DNA of 62,911 nt, counting the filler, from Octopus bimaculoides (taxonomy: Eukaryota), in the NCBI RefSeq assembly GCF_001194135.2. It is 5 parts of 5 records of this genome, joined end to end, with 100 filler letters (N's around TTAATTAATTAA, not from the genome) between each part and the next. Parts side by side here need not be neighbours in the genome. Positions count along the whole stretch, not along the records: positions 51,625 to 61,413 come from NC_068984.1; positions 61,514 to 62,911 come from NC_068989.1; 3 more parts are not named here. One strand, given 5' to 3'. This document shows positions 55,216 through 62,911 of this stretch, piece by piece (within the stretch, counting starts at the first letter, position 1; every line of letters starts with the position of its first letter). The notes beneath the pieces were generated by a model. The model was not told the DNA's origin. It made no database searches and worked only from the letters and a program-made list of their open reading frames with translations. The translations under genes were made by a program, and so were the position numbers.

Positions 55216-56083
55216 CTAAAATAGAAGAGAGATATTACGAAACAAAAGAAATTAGCAACATAAAACATAATAGCCAACCGGCAAATAGAATAAATGTCAA
55301 TCCTAATGACATGGATGATGGTGTGGAGCTGGGAAGTGGTCAGTGCTAGTGTGTGCGTGGTGATGTGATGTGGTGTTGTATAGTATGGTGGTGTGGTGTA
55401 GTGGTGTGTGGTGTGGTGTGGTGTGGTGTGGTGGTGCTGGGATGTAGGGGAGGTGAGAGNNNNNNNNNNNNNNNNNNNNNNNNNNNNNNNNNNNNNNNNN
55501 NNNNNNNNNNNNNNNNNNNNNNNNNNNNNNNNNNNNNNNNNNNNNNNNNNNNNNNNNNNNNNNNNNNNNNNNNNNNNNNNNNNNNNNNNNNNNNNNNNNN
55601 NNNNNNNNNNNNNNNNNNNNNNNNNNNNNNNNNNNNNNNNNNNNNNNNNNNNNNNNNNNNNNNNNNNNNNNNNNNNNNNNNNNNNNNNNNNNNNNNNNNN
55701 NNNNNNNNNNNNNNNNNNNNNNNNNNNNNNNNNNNNNNNNNNNNNNNNNNNNNNNNNNNNNNNNNNNNNNNNNNNNNNNNNNNNNNNNNNNNNNNNNNNN
55801 NNNNNNNNNNNNNNNNNNNNNNNNNNNNNNNNNNNNNNNNNNNNNNNNNNNNNNNNNNNNNNNNNNNNNNNNNNNNNNNNNNNNNNNNNNNNNNNNNNNN
55901 NNNNNNNNNNNNNNNNNNNNNNNNNNNNNNNNNNNNNNNNNNNNNNNNNNNNNNNNNNNNNTTTATATACATACATGCAGGTTGCGGTGAATAAACTGTT
56001 GTCTAAATTATGTATAAATGAAAATAACACTGATATCTCATTCTAACAGATATATTTACCAAAATTACATAAAAATATCTTGA

Positions 56084-56800
56084 AATACTAAAGCGTAAAT
56101 TTTTTGAATAAAATCGCCATGGGCTTCAACCACGGCCTCCAGATGACTAGAATCTCCTGCAACTTTTCTGGTCAGTTTCCTTGTTTAAGTTGGTGAATGC
56201 TGCCATAATTCTTGCCTTCAGTTCATCTTTGTTGGTACAAGGAATTTTGTTGGACTCTCACTCAACTGTGCTCCACACATAATAATCAAGGAGTTTGCAG
56301 TCTGGGGAGTTGGGTTGCCAGATTTTAGGGGTGGTATGGTCGCAGAAATTGTCTGACAGCCATGACTGGGTTCTCCTGCTCTGTGGCATGGTGCAGAGTC
56401 CTGTTGTCTGACGTAGGGTCTTCCAGCAGCCACCCTCTTGACCCAGGGCAGCACTACCTCCTCCAGATACTTGATGTAGGCCTCCATGTTGAGTCTGAGG
56501 CTATGTGGGAAGATGAATGGAGGAATAATATTGCCATCACTAGTGATCACTCGAAACACCATGATGTTGACTGAATGCTTGATTTTTATCACTCTCAGTA
56601 CATGTCCTCAGATTGACACCCAAACACTTTGAAATGTTTGTATGGGAACTTATGGCATGAATTCCAAGCAGCACAGCTTGTTGTTTCCAAATTTCTGGGA
56701 GAATGAATTGCATTATGGTACTGTTTTTCTCAGACGGTGTGCATCTGACCCTACTATACTGTGTAGTTGGCAGAATGAAAACAAACAATGTGCATACACA
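56084..56800 (-). mobile_element. Mariner-like (DD37D-like) transposase relic in a PCTP intron
   Basis: KHSVNIMVF.VITSDG..IPPFIF, QQDSAPCH, WQPNSPDCKLLDYYVW. Confidence 0.8.
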
Positions 56801-56847
56801 AAATAAAAAAAATTTATAGTGACAATTTACCCATCACACCCTGTATG

Positions 56848-56884
<37 letters not shown>

Positions 56885-57465
56885 NNNNNNNNNNNNNNNN
56901 NNNNNNNNNNNNNNNNNNNNNNNNNNNNNNNNNNNNNNNNNNNNNNNNNNNNNNNNNNNNNNNNNNNNNNNNNNNNNNNNNNNNNNNNNNNNNNNNNNNN
57001 NNNNNNNNNNNNNNNNNNNNNNNNNNNNNNNNNNNNNNNNNNNNNNNNNNNNNNNNNNNNNNNNNNNNNNNNNNNNNNNNNNNNNNNNNNNNNNNNNNNN
57101 NNNNNNNNNNNNNNNNNNNNNNNNNNNNNNNNNNNNNNNNNNNNNNNNNNNNNNNNNNNNNNNNNNNNNNNNNNNNNNNNNNNNNNNNNNNNNNNNNNNN
57201 NNNNNNNNNNNNNNNNNNNNNNNNNNNNNNNNNNNNNNNNNNNNNNNNNNNNNNNNNNNNNNNNNNNNNNNNNNNNNNNNNNNNNNNNNNNNNNNNNNNN
57301 NNNNNNNNNNNNNNNNNNNNNNNNNNNNNNNNNNNNNNNNNNNNNNNNNNNNNNNNNNNNNNNNNNNNNNNNNNNNNNNNNNNNNNNNNNNNNNNNNNNN
57401 NNNNNNNNNNNNNNNNNNNNNNNNNNNNNNNNNNNNNNNNNNNNNNNNNNNTATATATATATGTA

Positions 57466-58172
57466 TATAGCAATAAGAAAATGGAGGAGAATATGCGGTA
57501 TCCATCGACTTGCAGACAGTGTATTCCGTTGATTAATTTGTTTACTTTACAACTAAAATGACAAAAACCACAATATACAGATGCTTATGACATACCATGT
57601 CATATTAACAATTAAGGTTACAAATATAAAGTACATTTAGCAATTGGAGAATATATAGGAACTTACAGCCATTTCGGCCTAGCGTTGGCATGCCCCATTC
57701 TATCTCTATAGCTCCTGTGCGCCGGAGTAATTAGCAGATGAAAATGATGTAATGGGGGTACATGCATGATTCGCTAGGCCTCTTCAGAGATTCACAAAAT
57801 TTAATACAAATATAAAATAAAAGATAAAAATAAAAATAAGAATAAAGTAAAAATAAAAATAAATGAAAAATGAAAATATAAAAATATAAGGCACATAAAA
57901 AGCCTACAAACAGTATATAAGACCATATAAACAGTTTTAAACACTCCAATACACATGCCTGTGCCTGTGTACATAACCATACGTAGATATCTATGGGTAC
58001 AAAAGCATAGATAGATGTGTACATATGTGTGCCCAGATGTACGTCAACAGTCACTGCCACCACATGTGAGGGGGAAATATACATACATATATATATATAT
58101 ATATATATCCCCTCACACTGTCTGCAAGTCGATAGATACCGCATATTCTCCTCCATTTTCTTATTGCTATAT
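57466..58172 (-). mobile_element. PLE-like hammerhead repeat bounded by near-perfect ~57-bp inverted repeats
   Basis: 57466-57522 and 58115-58172 are reverse complements with one mismatch. The hammerhead lies at 57658-57793. Confidence 0.65.
57658..57793 (-). ncRNA. Type I hammerhead ribozyme in a PCTP intron, sense to the pre-mRNA
   Basis: Minus strand reads GAATCT-CTGAAGA-GGCCTAGCG-(87 nt, partly self-pairing GCATG..CCCCATT/AATGGGGCATGC)-CGCTAGGCC-GAAA-T-GGCT-G-TA^AGTTCC. Core intact, stem II 9 bp, stem I 5 bp with one bulge, stem III loop diverged from CAGCTG. Confidence 0.8.
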
Positions 58173-59089
58173 AAATTTAGGGTAAAATAACCCCCCTTTT
58201 ACCCACACCCACTTATTGCACTTGGTATAACACTAGTGTAACAATAATTGGGTACTCTCCCAGCAGTATATTGGATAGATACTATCCCTTAGTGGGTTGA
58301 ATACTCAACCCCTAACTCTCTTGCATTATATATATACATATATATATTTTTATATACACTACATACACACACACATACAGAAAACATAACAGGCTTCCAT
58401 GTAGTTTCCGTCTACAAAATCCATTCACAAGACTCTGGTTGGCCCAGGGCTATAATAGAAGAGACTTCAAGGCAATATATTGCACAATTAGATATAAGTA
58501 TAAAAAATAAATTATGGGGACATAAAAGCTTTTAGTCTGAGACACCACCATCTCAGCTGTATCCACTTATACAGAATATCACAGTATTTACAAAAATTAC
58601 ATGCTATCTCGAATATAATGCATCCTGTTACATTTAAGTGTATCCAAAACTCAGTAATATATTCTATCCCCTTTTATTCATACTTTTTTAAAATCTTGAG
58701 TGTAATGCAAGTAACCAATTCTGATTGTGATGTTTTGTATTAACTTTCTAGTATTACACACATTCATAGTGAAACCAACAAATTACTATATTTGAATACT
58801 GCTGTCATTCTACTGACAGAAGGTAGTGTTCAATAACCAATAATCAACTGAAATGATGATAGAACTTTGTAATTTGACAGTTTTCACCAGAATTTGTGAA
58901 ACATGAGAACACTTTTAGTATGTCAGAAATCAATTTATGGATCATTTGTTTGTCATAAAATAATCATCAAGCTGACAGGTGACACACATAAAATAAGCAA
59001 TATTCCAAATGTATTTTAGTTTCTAAGAGTTGGAATTGCCATTTTTCTTTTATATCTTTTTGTCAGAAGGGAAGCCTGTGTCCACGAAT

Positions 59090-60240
59090 CTTTATGAGGC
59101 CTCTGAGACAGGTGAAAAGGAGAGAGGGAGAAACCTCTGAATTTTCCAGAGATATGCAGGGTTGACTGTGTCAGATGTCACCTTGAGGTTGACAAAGATG
59201 ATGTAAAGGTGGCGATCTTTGTGGAACTCCCAAAATCTTTCAATAATGAGATGAAGGGCAAAAATATGGTTGGTGGTAGATTGATTTGGCAAGAATTTGG
59301 CTTGTTGTGGGCGGCAACTGCTTCTGATGGTGGAAAGAGCATGGTTGAGGAGGATCCTAGTGAAGAGCTTGCCTGGGATGGAGAAGAGGGTGATGCCCCT
59401 GTGGTTGCTGCTGAGTTTGTTGCCCTTCTGTTCCCAGAAAAGGAGGACAATACCTGGGTACAGTCATTTGGGAGCTGCTCTGACACCCATACACAGTTAG
59501 TGATGCAAGTGAGCCACTGGACCATGTTATCTCTGTCCACCTTCAACATTACCACAGAAAAAGTGCAGGTTCCAGGGGCTTTGCAGTCATTGAGCTTCTT
59601 CAGGGCAGCAGTCTTCAGTGGGGTGACAGGATCAAGTCTGCAAGTGTTGTTGGTTGCAGCTGAATGTGCAGTGATGATACGGCTGGGATCAATTGGGACA
59701 GGTGGGTGAAGAAGAAGAAGACTGAAGTGCTCCTTCCAGAGTTTAAGGTGGTCGGTTTCCATAGTGATGATGTTGCCATTGGTATCCTTCACCAGGGGCT
59801 GTCGTGAACTAAGGACTGGCATGGGCTCTGTGGAGTATGTTGAACACCTGGCTGAGGTTATTGTCGTTGCTTCCAGGTGCTCAGCTTCCTCCACCCGGAA
59901 CTTCTCTCAGTCATCTGTAATGACCTTGTTGCATATCCCATTGAGTCAACAGTACTCATGTCACTGTGCAGATGAGCCTTGTTATGACAGTTGAAGTTGA
60001 TTATCCCAACATCTGTAGTGAAATCCAGGATCACTTGGGAAGAGGTCTTGAGTTTACTGAGACATCACATGCAAACTGGTTGATGCTCAATTTGAAGACC
60101 TCCTAGTTATCAATCTCATCCTGAAACAATTGATAATAGAGAATGCAAATGCTGAGGCAATATTGGAATTGCAGAAATAGGATGAGTCTGGGTGGGGCTG
60201 GTACTGGTGGCAGGGTCCACCAATGACTTCAAGTTGTTAG
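59090..60240 (-). mobile_element. RTE-clade LINE relic in a PCTP intron
   Basis: WKEHFSLLL, KAPG, HRGITLFSIPGKLFTRIL, STTNHIFALHLIIE, YIIFVNLK..DTV. Confidence 0.85.
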
Positions 60241-60487
60241 TACTGCATATATTTTCTTAATCACCCTATTTAGTCATACTGTGATTAGTGTGGTTATTTC
60301 CAATGTTGAAGTACATACCACAATGTATCACATGTTAAAATATGGATGACAATTTGTGACATAAACTATCATCTTATTCTATGACTTGTATCTTATCAAT
60401 AAATTATAATTTCCTATATTTATAGCTGTAAAACAATTATTCCATATTATTTGGTAAATAGAAAAAGAAAATAAGAAAGTGAATTAC

Positions 60488-60662
60488 CTTTTGTACCTCC
60501 TTCTGGTTGTTTACTAATTACCAAACTTTGGTAGTAATCATCTACTCTGACTGTCATCCATTTCTCAGGGAAATTTGTTACTTCATCAACACTTTGAGCA
60601 ATGATCACATATACTTTGGCTCCTTTCCAGTCAATAATGCGTAGCTCTCTCTTATACACATA
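60488..60662 (-). CDS. PCTP: Phosphatidylcholine transfer protein (START domain), internal exon: YVYKRELRIIDWKGAKVYVIIAQSVDEVTNFPEKWMTVRVDDYYQSLVISKQPEGGTK
   Basis: 175-nt open exon with acceptor TTCAG and donor AAG|GTAATT (phase 0 to 1). The peptide resembles vertebrate PCTP (YVY..R.....G.K.HVILA.S......E....IRV..Y.QSL.I.....GSK). It splices in frame to the next two exons. Upstream exons lie outside the window. Confidence 0.93.
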
Positions 60663-60751
60663 CTGAATATGAGGTTAAGGTTTTTTTTAACTGAGTCATA
60701 TGATCAAATCCAACCTAAGTGGTATAACACATTGACCTTTTTGTTGATGGT

Positions 60752-60787
<36 letters not shown>

Positions 60788-60994
60788 AATATAAATACAC
60801 ACACACACACATATATATATAGACAAACAGACAGATAGATAGACAAAGAACAGAAAGTGGAATTAATGAGCTTACATTATTTTATCAACACTGAAAGGAT
60901 GAAAGCTAATTCAATCTCGACAGAACTTGAACTCAGATTGTAAGAGCTTTAGGAAATGTGGCTAAGTATGTTTTCTGACATGCTAATGATTCTG

Positions 60995-61413
60995 CCAGGC
61001 TTGCCGCATTCATGTATAATGATAATAACAACAGTAATAATAATACATAATATATACGTGGAAGACAATTGGAGATTTCTGCGGGACAACCTGTTGAGAG
61101 CCACAGACCAGATCTGTGGCTGGTGTAAAGTCCCCTCTCGACCCAGAGTAACGTGGTGGTGGAACAAGGATGTAGACGGGGCTATTACACAAAAGAAACA
61201 GGCTTGGAAGGACTGGAAGAATGGTGGTAGCAGGGAATTGTACCAATCTGCCAGAAGGGAAGCTAGGCGACAGGTTTATTTAGCCAGAGGGGAAGCAGAT
61301 AAGAAAAGATTTGCCAATGTTCTGCGCCGTGAGGACCAAAGACTCGAGGTATTTCGTGTTGCAAGACAGTGTAGGAGAGAGAATAGTGATGTTGTAGGAG
61401 AGAAATGTGTTCG
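60995..61413 (+). mobile_element. RTE-clade LINE fragment (APE-RT linker region)
   Basis: WRFLRDNLLRATDQICGW...TWWWNKDV.AI..KKQAWKDWK; ends at a gap. Confidence 0.8.
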
Positions 61414-61716
61414 NNNNNNNNNNNNNNNNNNNNNNNNNNNNNNNNNNNNNNNNNNNNTTAATTAATTAANNNNNNNNNNNNNNNNNNNNNNNNNNNNNNN
61501 NNNNNNNNNNNNNATATATATATATATACATACATATATACGACGGGCTTCTTTCAGTTTCCGTCTACCAAATCCAGTCACAAGGCTTTGGTTGGCCCGA
61601 GGCTATAGTAGAAGACACTTGCCCAAGGTGCCACGCAATGGGACTGAACCCGGAACCATGTGGTTGGTAAGCAAGCTACTTACCACACAGCATATATGTA
61701 TATATATATATATATA

Positions 61717-62110
61717 TTTTTTATTCTTTTATTTGTTTCAGTCATTTGACTGCGGCCACGCTAGAGCACCACCTTTAATCGAAAAAATCGAACCCCAGAA
61801 CTTATTATTTGTAACATTAGTACTTATTCTATCGGCATCTTTTGCCGAACCGCTAATTTACAGGGACGTAAACACACCAACATCGGTTGTCAATCGATGG
61901 TAGGAGGACAAAAAGAGACACACAAATACATACACACACACACACATATATATACGACGGGCTTCTTTCAATTTCCGTCAATCAAATCCACTCACAAGGC
62001 ATTGGTCAGCCCGAGGTTGTAGTAGAAGACATTTGCCCAAGGTACCACGCAGCAGGACTGAACCCGGAACCATGTGGTTGCGAACCAAGCTTCTTACCAC
62101 ATAGCCACTC
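61717..62110 (-). mobile_element. Same SINE family, full length; a second head lies at about 61533-61692
   Basis: Reverse complement of the 51137-51524 pattern. Confidence 0.9.
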
Positions 62111-62149
62111 CTATAATTATACGATGAAGATGATGATGATGATGATTAT

Positions 62150-62201
<52 letters not shown>

Positions 62202-62911
62202 CATACATACATATATGTATGTGTATATATATGTGTGAGTGTGTGTTTGTATGCACACACACACAAACACAGCCGCGCGTGCAATACTCATTGTTTATTA
62301 GTGTTCCTTGCTATTCATTGCGTAAATAGAGATCAAATATGGTTAGTCAGTACTGTTGCGTTTGGGACGTTGGCAACTTCATGTAACCGTAGATATTCAG
62401 TAGTTTGTCCGGAGTCCAATGAAGTCTACAGAACCTCAGTTTTCTTATGACCAACGGGTCTGACAATTAGTGCAGCGTGGGGAATATATCTGAGAGGCAT
62501 GGAACCAGCCACGTGATAAACGCCTCATGATTGTCAAATCATCTCGATGGGAAAAAAGCTCTTAGTTGCTTTATTCGCGGTCGTTGAAATACACAGTGAA
62601 AAATGTGTACAGTTAGTTTAGGTAGTAAGACAGTCATGTAAACTATTTGGGACTTACTGGAGCCGTCTGGAGTCGTGTGGTGCACCGAGGGAGCGCATAG
62701 ACAGAATTAATGTCTCCAAGTAGCTTAAAAAATGATCTCCTCCCTGGCAGATGACGCCATTGCCGGCTTGACATCCTGGTGGATATTTGTAAATTATTCA
62801 GAGAAAATTACTATTACAATTAAATTCCGCTAATCTTCCTTCATTGTTCTATTTTATTTTCTTGTTTTTCTCTATTTTATTTTTCCCTTTTTTTTCTTTT
62901 TTTTTTTTTTG

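Noticed and set aside
59067-59111. 45-nt plus-strand exon-like cassette (strong acceptor, GTGAAA donor) antisense to PCTP
   Set aside because: Weak donor, overlaps an RTE relic, and no partner exons identified.

Overview
Repeat-saturated, gap-rich (>20 N runs) eukaryotic DNA. It is almost certainly from an octopus, most likely a short-read Octopus assembly; this is inferred from the SINE families, the microsatellite load and the linker gaps. Nearly all long ORFs in the track are microsatellite or N-gap artefacts. The only host gene I can support is the last three coding exons of PCTP/STARD2 on the minus strand (60662-60488, 55215-55148, 52392-52306). The rest is decayed mobile DNA: tRNA-derived SINEs (CORE-, Nin- and Meta-domain-like), LINEs (R4/Dong-like REL, RTE, CR1, L1/Tx1), Penelope-like elements (PLE), hAT, Tc1 and mariner relics. 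Two signals stand out. (1) There are at least six type I hammerhead-ribozyme motifs from several unrelated repeat families. They have a minimal stem III closed by family-specific palindromes, several sit between inverted copies of their own 3' end, one is fully canonical (37209-37295), and one lies in sense orientation in a PCTP intron (57658-57793). (2) Three R4-like LINE copies are each embedded on both sides in (CATA)n and share a 3' UTR hairpin, suggesting (CATA)n target specificity. All structures were read by eye; no folding or database search was run.
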